From positions 363,940,001 to 364,004,000 of the forward strand of contig NW_027362768.1 of NCBI RefSeq assembly GCF_046119375.1: DNA of 64,000 nucleotides, given 5' to 3'. This stretch comes from Phyllobates terribilis. Lineage: Eukaryota. The position numbers were made by a program, and so were the translations under genes. The notes below the pieces were generated by a model. That model made no database searches and had not been told where the DNA came from. It saw only the letters and a program-made list of their open reading frames with translations. Positions 24,372 to 38,489 of the stretch are shown piece after piece. How positions within the stretch are numbered: the first letter of the stretch is position 1; each line of letters begins with the position of its first letter.

Positions 24372-27300
24372 TCACCCGTCCAGCAGCTTTAATATGCTTT
24401 CCCGTTCCTTCAGAGCCTTCCATGCCTGGTCCTTCTCCTTTTTAGTCGGAGTCCTTTTTTTCTGCCGTGCGGCCATGATTTTTCGGAAAGCGTCCATAAC
24501 CTCGTTGTCGGCCATGCGTACCCTGTGCCGGAGCTCCTGTTTGTTCATCTCTTCTTTTGCTAATCTGAAGAGAGAAATAATGGGATTAGGATTATGGCGG
24601 TTCATGTAAGGTGCAGAGATAGTGAGACTCCGTTGACAACTCACAGCCGAGTAACAGACGTTGCCCCCCCATTCTCCCCTCACTTCAGTCACAGCAGGGC
24701 CCCTTTAAAATAATCTCCTTATACTATGTACCTCCCCAGCATAAAATATGGACAGCCATTCTCTAAAAGTCATATCAGCTGCAGCCCCCAATTAATCACA
24801 GCATGTCCCTCAATCCCACATCACAATAGTGCCCCCATAATAGAAGTAGCAAAATATGCCCCCCACAAGTCACAATGGACAGACCCTCTTACCTCTCTAG
24901 TACACAGAATCCCCCAATAGTCATAGCATTCCTCCTGTAGTCTAGATTGTGTCCCCATTCTACCTTTAGTAGACAGCCCCTTTTACTTCCCTAGTAGTCA
25001 TATCACTGGCCCGTCTCCCCCGATCCATCAGGTTTCACCGCAGCCCAATATACTGTGAAAAGCCAGTGACTGTGCACACGTAGGGAAAGACCTGTCAGTC
25101 AAAAGGATGTGGGCGGGGAAAAAGCTGCTAGGGACCCGCCTCATGGACTAGTCATCCGAGATACATAGTCCCCGGCCGGCTTTTTCAAAAGGAAAATGCT
25201 GCAGCGATTCAGAATCAACCATACACGGCTGCAGTAATGCCGCCCGACTGCGATTCATGCTGCATAAATCAGATGACAGGTTGACTTTAAATGTCGGACA
25301 GACACATACACTTATCCCCTCTGAGCAGGAAACCATCGTCTAGAGGACTTGTACATGTTTGCTAATCCGGCACGGGACCATGAAGTGCTGGACTAACAGA
25401 CTTCTGAATCCATCACCTGAGCAGTTCTTGTTTCTTGGCCCGGTTGTGAGCGCTGAGAGCCTTCAGCTCGGCCTGTCTCTTGCGGAGCTCGGCCAGGACC
25501 TCGTCTTCAGAGTCCTCCGCCGGCCGATCCTCCGACTCCAGCAGACCATGCGCTATCAGCTCTTCCTTAATTCGGACCTCTAAGGACTTTGTGTGGGGGG
25601 CACTGAAAGAAACATTACCCGGGACCATTCACTACAATGAATTAGTACACGGCCCCAAACAGAGGCCGGCGGCACATACCTGAACGGCTTCATCTGACTT
25701 CTGGGAGACGTGCTGGCTCCGTCTGTTCCCGATTCCTTCCCGGATATCTCAGGAATTGGGGAGTCTTCAATGGGGGAAATAATGTTTTCCTGCGGCCCAG
25801 ACATACAGTAATAAGATATAAATCAGACATCTAACCATCATGCGATGCCGCAACGTAACGGTGACCACACACTATCAGTGACCCCTGAACCCACTATTAA
25901 GGGGGGGGACCAGGCAGCCATATAAGTGTTGGGGCCGGGGACGACCTGCTGGACCCTTTATTCAGGTGGGAGATACAGCCGTCAACCCAATCAGCTGACG
26001 AGTTGCCCACCTTAAAATGTGCCAGTTTCTGTCCTAGATCTCTAGTAACTAAATAAAAGGATAAAAAGTCAATTACCTCCACGAGAGCCTGCAGGAGGCG
26101 CTGCGTCAGGTGCCCGAACGGGCAGCCGTCCTCGGGCTGGTCGTGCTGGGATTCTGACTTTTTTAGCATGGAGTCCACATCTGGAAGTAGCAAGGACATA
26201 CAGCTTACATGATGTGACCACTAGGGGGAGACACATGCAATGTTGGGAATATAGAGTAGTTTATTCACCCCTTCATGACCGGGTGATTTTTTTGTATCCC
26301 CCTCAACAGCCATAGACATAACTGAATAAGAAAGCCAAAACTTCTGTTTTCTGCATGGCGAGTTGTCCGGAGCAGGCTTAGATCCTGCACATCATGTGTT
26401 TGGAAGGGGTTACCAAGTTATCTCCTTAGACCCCCAGTACATGGCTGATTTTAGTGTTGGACTATGCAGCCAGGTGTCCATTTACCTGCAGCACCCACTA
26501 CAGGGGAAATGTGGTATTGCATGTAGAGAGAGGGCAGAGCAGAAACTGCATTGATTACCAGTAGGAGATAGTATGGGTGACCCTGTGACAATGTTAGCTT
26601 TTTTGCAGCTACCGCATTATTTTCTGCACCAAGTAATAAAAGGAAGAGGCGTTCAGACCAGAAGTGGCCGACAGGAGAAGAAATGCCGTCTCGGAGGATG
26701 GCGCTGGCTCATCAGATCAGGGGACTACTACCTTTGGAGTCCAGCTCTGTTAGGGGTCCTAGAGGTCCTTTCTTTTTGTCTCCAGCCATGGAGACCCGGG
26801 CTCCATCTTTCTGTTCCTCCTGCAAGTCCTCCTGAGCCCAGCGCTGGGAGTAATGCTTCCCGAGAGGTGGAATCTGAAAGAAGGGTCCGACATGACGCTG
26901 GTCAACGCAGAACGCTTCATTTAACCTTCTATTCCCCAAAACCAGGTCTACCAATGATACCAGCTGCTATAGTGAACAGGACAGTGAGGCAGGGACCCGC
27001 GGTGTTGTGGCCGCATTGCATCCCACGCATAGGCGGATTATAATGAGGGCAATCTGGGCTACCGCCCGGGGCTCCAGTCGCCAGATGACCCTCATTATAT
27101 GTGCACCACAGATGGCTGTGCACATATCCCGGCAAGGAGCACTGCTGACCATACAGAATGGCAGCGCAGAGCCAGTGCAGTATACAGGGAGGCTGCGCGG
27201 GGGCTCACACTGTATACAGGGAGGCTGCGCGGGGGCTCACACTGTATACAGGGAGGCTGCGCGGGGGCTCACACTGTATACAGGGAGGCTGCGCGGGGGC

Positions 27301-30300
27301 TCACACTGTATACAGGGAGGCTGCGCGGGGGCTCACACTGTATACAGGGAGGCTCACACTGTATGCAGGGAGGCTCACACTGTATGCAGGGAGGCTCACA
27401 CTGTATGCAGGGAGGCTGCGCGGGGGCTCACACTGTATGCAGGGAGGCTGCGCGGGGGCTCACACTGTATGCAGGGAGGCTGCGCGGGGGCTCACACTGT
27501 ATGCAGGGAGGCTCACACTGTATACAGGGAGGCTGCGCGGGGGCTCACACTGTATACAGGGAGGGTCACACTGTATGCAGGGAGGCTCTGTGGTGGGTCA
27601 CATTGTATATTGGGGGGGGTGGCAGAATGCTTAATTCTGCTTAATATTAAGTCATACAATTATTAATAATTATTTTTATATTATGTTAATATTGAGCAGA
27701 ATTAATTTCAGCCAATTGGTTCAGCCTCCACAACGGTCCTGGCCTCACTCAGAGATCACCGAGTGCAGCAGCAAGTACACCTGCCGCCTTCCATGCATCA
27801 CAAATGGCATCAATTTCTGCAATAATGTACAACGTACCAAGTATGGCGCCATCAGGAGGCCTACAGCTGCCATGGCACCTGAATGGTCTCATCATGAGAT
27901 TGCAGTGTGTGTATATAACAGAGACCCCTCATTCATACAGACCCCAGACTTGTGCTAGTCCTACAGTAATATCTATATATTTAAAAGGGGTATTCCCATC
28001 TCCAAGATCCTATTCCAATATACAGTAGGTGTAATAATACTATTAGCAAACACTTTCAAATAGAAATGTAGTATAGTTCTTCTGATTCGCTATGTCTCTT
28101 ATCCCATGTGCAGGGCATTGCAGTAGCTCAGGTAACCATGGTTACAAGTATAGGGTAAGGGTTAGTAAGTCATAACCATGGATAACTAAGATACCCCATG
28201 TGCATTCATTGCAGTAAGTGACATTGTAGTATAGTTCTTCTGATTCGCTATGTCTCTTACCCCATGTGCAGGGCATTGCAGTAGCTCAGGTATCCATGGT
28301 TACGACCACTAACTCTTAGTATACGGTTGTAACCATGGATACCTAAGCTACTGCAATGCCCTGCACATGGGGGAAAGCGAAATAGCGAATCAGAAGAACT
28401 ATACTACATTTCTAACTGGAGGTATTGGTTAATATTATTCTTATTACACCTACTACATATTGGGATAGGATCTTGGAGATGGGAATACCCCTTTAACACA
28501 AGTCTAGGGTGTGTTTAAATGAGGGGTCTGCAGGGTCGGGGTGGTCTACATTATATTATCCTGTATATGGGGTATGTTCGGGCATCTACCAATGATCTAG
28601 CCTTACAATAGGTCATCAGTATCAGATTGGTGGGGGTCCGACACCCGACATTATTGATGTTGGGGGCAGTATTACTACAAGTTCTAGCAACGAGGAGGTG
28701 TCGACCGAGCTGTATGACAATGTCGGAGGAGCGTGCAGCTGTGATCATACTTTGTAGTAGTCGGCCTCGTCCTCGGGCATCTTCAGCAGATCCTCCAGGA
28801 CCTTGATCTCTTCTGCGGTGATGTCTGCACAATACGGTTCAACAGACGCCCAAAATCTGAAACGCAACACGAGAAAGTGAGACCTATGCCCCTGTTCATC
28901 CTGGTCCTCCTGATTCATGAAAATAATGCCAAAGACAGAAAATTCAGGGATCTCAAGCATGATTTTTCACTACCTGTTCGGGGCATCGTTTTTGGGTATT
29001 CTGGGAACGTCCACTGGATCGTCTGTGAACTCGTACTCCTGGATTTTTGTCTGTAAGCTTCGGGATTTGGGTCTTCCCGGGCCGGTTCCGGAGGAGGCAT
29101 GACTCCCTTTACCTTCCAGCTTTGGCTTTTTGGGTTTGTGTTTTACAGGTGTGCCGGGTTCAAGCTCCTTTCCGAGCTTCAGAAACCTACGGTCTCCTTT
29201 CTTATCCTGCCAGTCTGTGAGGATCTGGTGGGAAACGAGAAGAAGTCAGACGACGGCGACCGTGTGCCCCGTCCATACACAGCGAGAGCAGATAAAGCAG
29301 AGTTACCGAATATTTCTAGAAGAAAGAAAAACAAGAATTGTAAGGAAAGTGATCAGTGATTGTGCCGGCCCCACGCACAGGGGCTAGAAGAATACTATTA
29401 GCCTGCAATAGAGGAATGGAGCCCTTTGGATGGTTAAAGGGAACCTGTCAGCCTCCAATTTGGGCAGCACGAGGTCCTCTTTAAAAAAGGGACAATTTTT
29501 TCTTCCTACTTAAATACCTGTAATTTGGTGTTTAATAAAGAACATTTTTGCACTTGGGTTTCATTAAAAATGTTGCACCATCTGCCTTCTGTAGCCTCTG
29601 TTTTGCACTGTCTATTGCTGGCTGCAGAATGAGTTAACTAAGAATCTGTCAGTGAGCTCACTGACTGTCTGAAAGGGAAGAGTTTGTGACTTATCTGTCT
29701 TTTTCTGAGCTCCTCACAGCTAAGAGAATGAGTTGAATGTGCAGGAAACAAAGAGCAAACGATGCAAAATTTGGAAAGAAACACAAATGCAAAAATCATT
29801 TAGCCCCAAGTCCATGCCTTCAAGTAAAAAACAAAATAGATGAATGCTCAGCAGACAGATAGTCGACATGTGAAGGAGCAACGGACCGACGCCCCCAGAC
29901 CGCAGGTGCCCGGCCGCCCCAATATCCCATTCCCCCCCAGACCGCAGGTGCCCGGCCTCCCCAATATCCCATTCATCCCCAGATCGCAAGGGTCCACCTG
30001 TCCGCACTCCCCCACCCTCCCCAGATCACAGGTGCCCGCCTGTCCGCACTCCCCCCCCCCCCCCCCGATCGCAAGGGTCCACCTGTCCGCACTCCCCCAC
30101 CCTCCCCAGATCACAGGTGCCCGCCTGTCCGCACTCCCCCCCCCCCCCCGATAGCAAGGGTCCACCTGTCCGCACTCCCCCACCCTCCCCAGATCACAGG
30201 TGCCCGCCTGTCCGCACTCCCCCCCCACCCCACCCCGATCGCAAGGGTCCACCTGTCCGCACTCCCCCACCCTCCCCAGATCACAGGTGCCCGCCTGTCC

Positions 30301-31771
30301 GCACTCCCCCCCCACCCCACCCCGATCGCAAGGGTCCACCTGTCCGCACTCCCCCACCCTCCCCAGATCACAGGTGCCCGCCTGTCCGCACTCCCCCCGC
30401 CCCCCCAGATCGCAGGTGCTCGCCCGTACGCACTCCCCCCGCCCCCCCAGATCGCAGGTGCTCGCCCGTACGCACTCCCCCCGCCCCCCCAGATCGCAGG
30501 TGCTCGCCCGTCCGCACTCCCCCCGCCCCCCCAGATCGCAGGTGCTCGCCCGTCCGCACTCCCCCCGCCCCCCCAGATCGCAGGTGCTCGCCCGTCCGCA
30601 CTCCCCCGCCCCCCCCCCCCCAAGATCGCAGGTGCTCGCCTGTCCGCACTCCCCCCGCCCCCCCAGATCGCAGGTGCCCGCCTGTTCTCACTCCCCCCGC
30701 CCGCCCAGATCGCAGGTGCCCGCCTGTCCGCACTCCCCCCCCTCCCAGATCGCAGGTGCCCGTCTGTCCGCACTCCCCCCCCCCCCCCCCACCCACCCAG
30801 ATCGCAGGTGCCCGCCTGTCCGCACTCCCCCCCCCTCCCAGATCGCAGGTGCCCGTCTGTCCGCACCCCCCCCCCCCCACCCAGATCGCAGGTGCTCGCC
30901 CGTCCGTACTCCCCCCGCCCCCCCAGATCGCAGGTGCCCGCCTGTTCGCACTCCCCCCGCCCCCCCAGATCGCAGGTGCCCGCCTGTCCGCACTCCCCTC
31001 CCTCCCAGATCGCAGGTGCCCGCCTGTCCGCACTCCCCTCCCTCCCAGATCGCAGGTGCCCGCCTGTCCGCACTCCCCCCCCACCCAGATCGCAGGTGCT
31101 CGCCCGTCCGCACTCCCCCCGCCACCCCCCAGATCGCAGGTGCTCGCCCGTCCGCACTACCCCCCCACCCCCCAGATCGCAGGTGCTCGCCCGTCCGCAC
31201 TACCCCCCCACCCAGATCGCAGGTGCTCGCCCGTCCGCACTCCCCCCGCCACCCCCCAGATCGCAGGTGCCCGCCTGTCCGCACCCCCCCCCCCAGATCG
31301 CAGGTGCCCGCCTGTCCGCACTCCCCCCCCCCCCCCAGATCGCAGGTGCCCGCCTGTATGCACTCCCCCCCCCCCCCTAGATCGCAGGTGCCCGCCTGTC
31401 CACACTCCCCCCCCCCCCCCCAGATCGCAGGTGCCCGCCTGTCCACACTCCCCCCCCCCTAGATCGCAGGTGCCTAATTGTCCGCACTCCACCACCCCCC
31501 CCAGATCGCAAGTGTCCGCACTCCTCCCCCAGATCGCAGGTGCCCGGCCAGCTTTACTCCTTACCTGCGTCTCTGCCTCTAACACCCGTAGCCGGCGGCT
31601 GGCTGAGGACAGCAGGGTTTCTAGCTCCAGCTGCAGCGTGTCCAGCTCCTCGATGCCGATCCCATCGTCTTCCGACCGGGAGAGCACGGCCGTGTACCGG
31701 GGGCACAACTTCACGTGGTCCACCGACTTAAACTCGTGGAACTGCAGTGGGCAATCTTTTAACTCGCTCAT
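24372..31771 (-). CDS. TADA3: Transcriptional adapter 3 (SAGA/ATAC HAT module subunit), complete CDS, 432 aa
   Basis: Coding exons 31565-31771, 28974-29224, 28751-28856, 26732-26873, 26077-26180, 25680-25789, 25417-25602 and 24372-24564. All introns are GT-AG with consistent phases, total 1299 nt. Protein reads MSELKDCPLQFHEFK...FWASVEPYCADIT...GCPFGHLTQRLLQALVEENIISP...RESILKLLDG*. Confidence 0.98.
27170..27590. repeat. 32-bp/21-bp minisatellite in TADA3 intron
   Basis: CACTGTATACAGGGAGGCTGCGCGGGGGCTCA, with shorter CACTGTATGCAGGGAGGCTCA units. Confidence 0.92.
27986..28492. mobile_element. T2/Kolobok-family MITE
   Basis: TTAA-AGGGGTATTCCCATCTCCAAGATCCTAT...ATAGGATCTTGGAGATGGGAATACCCCT-TTAA. 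Long terminal inverted repeats, palindromic body. Confidence 0.88.
29890..31545. repeat. C-rich ~40-bp minisatellite with variable poly-C (G-runs on the TADA3 sense strand)
   Basis: CAGATCGCAGGTGCCCGCCTGTCCGCACT(C)n repeated across most of the intron after the ATG-containing exon. Confidence 0.93.
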
Positions 31772-33069
31772 GATGGCAACTGGCGAACTAAAGGGATAAA
31801 AAAAAAATGTATAATGAGGCCACAGACTGGCAGTACCCACGTCCCAGAATGCACAATGACCTCTGCCATCAATCACCAAAATAAAGAGGGCGGCAAGCTT
31901 GTAGTATTCAAGATCACTGCTTGCTGTCAGTGAATGAAGAGTCGTCTACATCCTGCACACTGCTGACAGTTTGTTACAGTTGTCTCCAGTTTAGACCAAA
32001 CACGGCTGCAATTCCAACTGCCCGCGGCGGCCGTTATCACACGTCTCGGACTCCGCCGAGTTCGGGTCTCTCCACGACTTTTTTTTTTTTTCTACATCCC
32101 TTCCCCCAGCCTCCGCTGTGACATTGCTGTTTTACCTGCTGAGTTCATGCACTTAGAGCAGCTGATTTGCAAATATCCGGCCTCCTGTGTGATCTCCTCC
32201 GCTCCCTCAGGCTCAGACACGATTTACACCCCCTCTCCCTGTCTGATGGGAGCAGAGGAGATCACACAAGAGGCCGGATATTTGCAAATCAGCTGCTCTA
32301 AGTGCATGAACTCAGCAGGTAAAACAGTCTGGGAAGAGACAAAGCAAAAATCAGGGGCAAATAAATATACATATGTTCATAACTTTGCGGAGACGGATCA
32401 ATAATAATAAAAAAAAGTTACTCTTTAAAGAAAAAAAGTGTTCGCCCCCAGGTGCAGTGCCGGCTCCCCATCGCTGCTATGGTCTCAGTGATTGGCAGCA
32501 GCGGTGAAGTGCGTTGTAATCGTGCAATCATTGATGCATCCAATAGAGACTAGAGCAATGGTGGAGAGTCGTCGGCGCTGGACCAGGACTACTCTTCTTA
32601 AAAGGGGAACACCCCTTTAATGTGCAAAAAAAAAAAAAAAGGGGGGGACGGGGACGGGTCAGTCTGCATTTTTTCTTAAACCATCCAAAAGAAAAAAAAC
32701 TAAAACCATCTGGAATCTTTCCTGGACAGGAACGTTTTAGGATTTGTAAATGGATCTTAAAAAGAAAAATAAAAGTGCTGCCTTAAAGGGGTTTAGAAAA
32801 ACTCCATCACCAACTGCAATTTATTAAAAAAATATTATATATAGATAGATAGAAAATGGGACTTACTCCCCCTCCCCAGGTCCAACTCTGCTCCCTATCT
32901 GTAACGCTACAGCCAATCACTGAGCTGAGTGATTAGCTGCAGCGCTGCTGACCGTAACAGACGCCAGGTTGCTGATCCAGTTGATAAACCCCCATAGCAG
33001 GACGCGTATTACTGCACATGTCGGTGCCCGGCTCGGTCCGTGGCCGCCAGCACAATGCCGTCTACTTAC

Positions 33070-33230
33070 ATTCATACAGTGCACCCCGCGGCCCGGCCTG
33101 CACTACGCCGCCATCACTGCTGCTCCCCAGTGCCGCCCCCCGCCGTCTCCTCGGTCTCTCTCCGCCTCTGAACGCCCGGAGCCGGCAGGTGGCAGCGCAG
33201 AGCTGTCCGAGGCCCGTGTGCCAGTCCTCT
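33070..33230 (-). other. TADA3: Putative non-coding first exon of TADA3
   Basis: GC-rich block with minus-strand donor GAAT|GTAAGT at 33069. The ATG exon has an acceptor at 31788 only 16 nt upstream of the ATG, so an upstream exon is required. The 5' boundary is a guess. Confidence 0.45.
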
Positions 33231-34034
33231 CAATAACCGGGGCCGTGGAAGACACCATTTACTGGCGCCATAGGGGGGGTCTATACAAACAAAAGCCCCC
33301 AACTGAGGAAATGACTCCCTCGCTCAATGTAAATTATATCTACAAGAACGAATTACATTGAACCCTGATTCTCAGAGCAGGAACTATCACTATTAATGTG
33401 TAATATCACGCCTTAGTGTGAGAGAAAAAAATGGTACAGTCTACCAACACCTCAGCGGGGGCGGGCTTGGAGTAAGACTGGTCCATAGTAGCTAAGGGGG
33501 GAGTCTGATTAAACTCTTATGCAACAGTCATTTAAAAATACAAATTCTGTAATATGACATCTATAACGTGTATTTAATTAAGCAATTCCTATACAACCAT
33601 ATGTAAATCTACAGTTAAATAATAAAAAGTGGTATTTTTTTTTTCTCTTTGGGAAAATGATCACCCCCATTTGTTCATGATGGTTTCATCTTCATGCATT
33701 CCATATGCCCTAATATGGTGAGAAGCTTAAAAGACGCAACCATTCTCTCTCCAGAGGGTGGTGCCGTCTGATATTTATCTGTCATTCAGAAACCGATCAT
33801 AGAAACTCTTTTAGAATATGAGAGAATAATATGTAATACGGACAGGGTGATTTGTGCTCACGGTTAGTGGGGTGTTTGTGTAGGTTTGTGTAACGTGAAA
33901 TCAGTGTCTCGTCCTTACGCCCCCTGTTTTAAAAATGGTTTGGCCGGACGGCTGACTGTCTCTCTGAGAGGGGGGAAGCGACCGACTGCGCAGGTGCAGA
34001 GCTGTCACTTCCGCTATCGGGAGATACCGGAGCG
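33230..34034. promoter_or_regulatory. Bidirectional promoter region TADA3/ARPC4
   Basis: Head-to-head genes with GC/CpG-rich flanks. ETS/GABP-like CACTTCCG at 34005-34012. Confidence 0.6.
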
Positions 34035-37000
34035 ATGGTGAGTGAGTCAGGGAGGTTCCCCGGGAGGTCACCTGGCGGGATAGGTGGACGGGTGTTACAT
34101 GGCGGGGAGGTGGAGGGACGAGCGGTCACGGCTCAGCCCCTGTCAGGGAGCGGGAGCGGCTCTGGGGAGGGTGAAGCAACCGGTGGAGGGCGGAGGCCGC
34201 CCGGGAATGTGCACAGGTCCGCGCCGGATCCTGCTCTGTGTTATCTCTATGGACGGGGAGGGGGCAGCGTCCTCTGCAGGTGTTCACCCAGCATTGCACA
34301 AGACTAGGAGGCGTCTGCGGCCAGGAAGTCTGTGCGGCCGCCGGAATCCTCCGCCCCAGATTCACTGGTCATAATGGTGCCGGTCACACCGTGCGATTCT
34401 GTGCACCCCCATAGCCATCAGTGCAGGAGGGGTCTCACCATCCGCCGCAGGGCTTTCCTATAGATTATTGGGTCCCGAGAGCTGTCCGGTGGTGGAGTAT
34501 CTGGGGGCACATTAGTAATGACCATGCTCAGCCGCTTGAGCTTACTGATTTGCTGCAGCTCTTACGACAACTTGGGCAGAGCTCATGGGCTTACTGATTG
34601 GCTGCAGTGCTTACGGCAACTCGGGCAGAGCTCATGGGCTTACTGATTGGCTGCAGCGCTTGCGGCAACTCGGGCTGAGCTCATGGGCTTACTGATTGGC
34701 TACAGCGCTTGCTGCAACTCTGGCTGAGCTCATGGGCTTACTGATTGGCTACAGCGCTTGCCGCAACTCGGGCTGAGCTCATGGGCTTACTGATTGGCTA
34801 CAGCGCTTGCCGCAACTCGGGCTGAGCTCATGGGCTTACTGATTGGCTACAGCGCTTGCCGCAACTCGGGCTGAGCTCATGGGCTTACTGATTGGCTACA
34901 GCGCTTGCCGCAACTCGGGCTGAGCTCATGGGCTTACTGATTGGCTACAGCGCTTGCCGCAACTCGGGCTGAGCTCATGGGCTTACTGATTGGCTACAGC
35001 GCTTGCCGCAACTCGGGCTGAGCTCATGGGCTTACTGATTGGCTACAGCGCTTGCCGCAACTCGGGCTGAGCTCATGGGCTTACTGATTGGCTACAGCGC
35101 TTGCCGCAACTCGGGCTGAGCTCATGGGCTTACTGATTGGCTACAGCGCTTGCCGCAACTCGGGCTGAGCTCATGGGCTTACTGATTGGCTACAGCGCTT
35201 GCCGCAACTTGGGCTGAGCTCATGGGCTCACTGATTGGCAGCAGCACTGTTGACATGAGTTCAGTGGTGGAGACTTAGAGCTGGACCCGGGGAGGGTGAG
35301 TAAAGCTTTTTTTCTTTGATCACTGGGAGTCTGGGCGTTGTTCTCTGCTTTCTCCGGCATGCTCGTACCCAATGAACGTCCAGCATGTGCATCTGCACTC
35401 CATACAACACTGGGCTCCGCAGACCCCTTTCTGCAGCAGCAGTCGGACCCCAGCGATCAGTAAATTATCCTACAGATAGTCTTACGCCTGACGTGTCATT
35501 TGTTGTGGCTGGATTTTGCCCCCAGTCTGCGAAAACATCACTAATGACTTCTGCACAGAGCAAGTGTGGCAGATAGATGGCGCAATCCTCTGGTGATGTA
35601 GGGCAAGGAATTGTAGTTTTGAGGTCATAAAACTTTTTGTGTTGATAGTAGAGGTTATTCCCTTTCGGGGCCAATTGACCCTTCATCTATTATCTCAATG
35701 AGTCTGAGGGCAGATCTCGCTCTTGTTTGCATCCAGAGGGTGAAATCTGGTCCAGACCCAATGTTTCCCACAGCTGGAAGTTGCTGCAAGTGTAGACAGT
35801 GCCCTGCACATCGCAACAAAGTATCCAGGTCAGGACAGGGCCTGTTTGGTTTGTTTGAGACATTAGATACATTATTAGCACTAAAAAAAAAATCTGATGT
35901 CCAGACAACTTACTGGATGCAAACAAGATGCTTCTATTCACTGACAGCAAGCGCATAGCCTAAGAATGGCAGGAAAGTTGCATAAAGGTTTCCATAGTTC
36001 TTCCTGCAGTGAAATATCTCTTGTACTTGCAGCAAAAATGTGAAATTATCTTTGAAAGGGTTTACTGATCTTATAAAGAGATGGTATATTGAAGCTATGG
36101 GAGGATTCTGACTCCTGGGAACTAAGGGGATGTAGCACCGCAGCGCCTTTCTCTGGCCTTGCCGGAAACTGCAGCTGGTCCCTTCACTTGATTTGGGCTG
36201 TGCTGTTGTTCACCTGTACAGGAAGGGGGTGGTCGGGACACCGCTATGAAGGAGATGCAGCTCTGATTTGGCTCGATGGCTCGTTCACTCTCAGAACAGG
36301 GGGCAAACCTATAAGTTGGACTCTTACCCATCCTGGCGATATACCAACTGGACTGATATGCCATGCATTATTGATGCCGCAGCTTTCTCATTTGTGTCTC
36401 CAATCGGTCAGATCATGAGTTGTAATCCTTAAAGGCATCAGATTAGTGTACAAGGTTCGATTTCAAGGGATGGTAGTCCCATCTTCTATTTTATTGATAT
36501 GTGACAATCCTATCTATAGGACCCCCATACAATCCTGAAATTAAAGGGGTGCTAGCTTCCCTACTATGTGCTCCAGCCATCTGCAGCCCCTGCACAGCCA
36601 GGTAACCAGGAGCGCTGCTCTGGAGGGAAAGCTTGGACACAGTGATAAATTAGCTCTTTTATTTTCACTGTTGGTGGGGTTCTGGTCATGAAGTGATCAT
36701 TTTGCAAGTTGGGAATATTCTTTTACAGGGCTGTTGCTTATGTGCGGCAGCACCAAAAAAAAATTAAAGGAGAATAGAGGGCTCCCCAGTTCTCTTGAAG
36801 GCACGCTGGGCTCCGGCTCCGTGTTCTCGGGGAGTTGTCTGTGGGTTTGCAGCGGATGGTATTCCTGCTGTGTCTGGACTTGTCACATACCCAGGAGCAA
36901 AATTTAGGAAGTTTATCTTTGTCATCGCACGTGGGGTTGGTTTCTGAATTCCTGTGTCGCCCTCCGCCGCGCTCGCTCCATCCCCCCCAGCCGTTCTGTA

Positions 37001-38418
37001 CGGTTGTGTTCGCCCCGTGCAGTGAGGAGTTGTGGTTTAGGTTTTTCTAGCTTTTAGCTTCTTTAATCCTGCATCACTTCTGGTGCTCCAGTCACATCAA
37101 GAGCAGCATTCTGACTTCTGCTCTCTTTCTCTCTCGCTGCTGCTCCTTGCTGGGTTGTCTGAGAGCAGCGCTCAACTTCTCCTTACCAGCCAGGCCGCGG
37201 CTCAATCTGTCGGCATCTTTTTTTTTTTTTTTTTTCACATTTTGTAACACGTGGGATTAAAATGAAAGAAAATAAATCTCATTCCAGCTGGAATAATCGC
37301 GCTCCAGAAATAGAAGTGCGGTCACGTCGCGGCTCGGCAGGAGCACCGGGCGCTGTTTTTTCTGGGAAGATGCGGCTTTGTGCCGCCTTATAATGATCTC
37401 TGCAGGGAAGTATTACAGGAGCGATAAACCTCAGGATAGACATTTCTTCTCCTCTGTATGGTAGGCAGCTGAATGCAAGCTATTGTTCTCTGTTATCAGC
37501 TATTTTATCCAGTTTTCCAGTGGGATTTCTACTTTTTCCTTCCATGTCTCAGCGATGTGACTGATCCCAGCGGCTTATAACGCTCCCGCACTTTATAAAC
37601 TGGCGGTTTGGGCTCCATCTGATTATCATAAGCAAAATACTAGGGGGAAATATTCTCCAACTTGTGATTTTTCCAGCTGTTGCAAAACTACTACTTCCAG
37701 CATGCTCCTGCCGCCATGGGCTGCATGCTGAGAGTTGTAGTTTGGTTGGGGAACTCGACTTCTGACTTCCATTGGTTCCCAGTTTGAATACGGAGTGGAT
37801 TTTGGAACAACTCACAACAGCCGTCTGTTAGAACATGCTGGGAGTTGTAGTTTTGCAACAAATGACCGTTTGGTTGTGGAAGTAATGCTTTACATTTTAG
37901 GGTCTGCATTGACCACCCCTGGAGCCGGGCTGAATAAAGTAGTGAGAACGTGCAATAGATATCTGTAGAGAACAACCCACATTTTTGGTGGGCACTGAGG
38001 TCACCTGACTCCTGGGACCAGGGGGCCTCACTAAGTAGAAGAACAATGTCAAGATGGAGAATTCTCCTGCCTCCTGTGGTGTCACGTCGACAGCGCAGTG
38101 TCTTCTGACAGCCGGGTAACATGACGTCACAGGAGGCAGGAGAATTGCTTTCCGGAGTGGCACGTGAGCCAGGAGAAGTCGTTGCAGGCAGGTAGTTAGC
38201 AACCACTTCCCAATAAGTGCTTAGCCCCATAGGAAACTGTCACCAGGTTTTTACTACTTGAGAGCAACATAATGTACAGACCGAGACCCTGATTCCAGCG
38301 ATGAGTAACTTACTAGGCTGCTTGCTGTAGTTTTGATTATCTCCTGCTGATAAAACAGATTTGATTACTAGAGGATTAGTAAATCCTGCTGCTAGGTAGT
38401 CCCACACACACACACACA

Positions 38419-38489
<71 letters not shown>

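Noticed and set aside
27007-27666. 158-219-aa ORFs in a TADA3 intron
   Set aside because: They derive from the 32/21-bp minisatellite.
30117-31799. 560-aa Pro-rich ORF and antiparallel Gly-rich ORFs
   Set aside because: Poly-C minisatellite artefact. The 3' end is merely antisense to a TADA3 exon.
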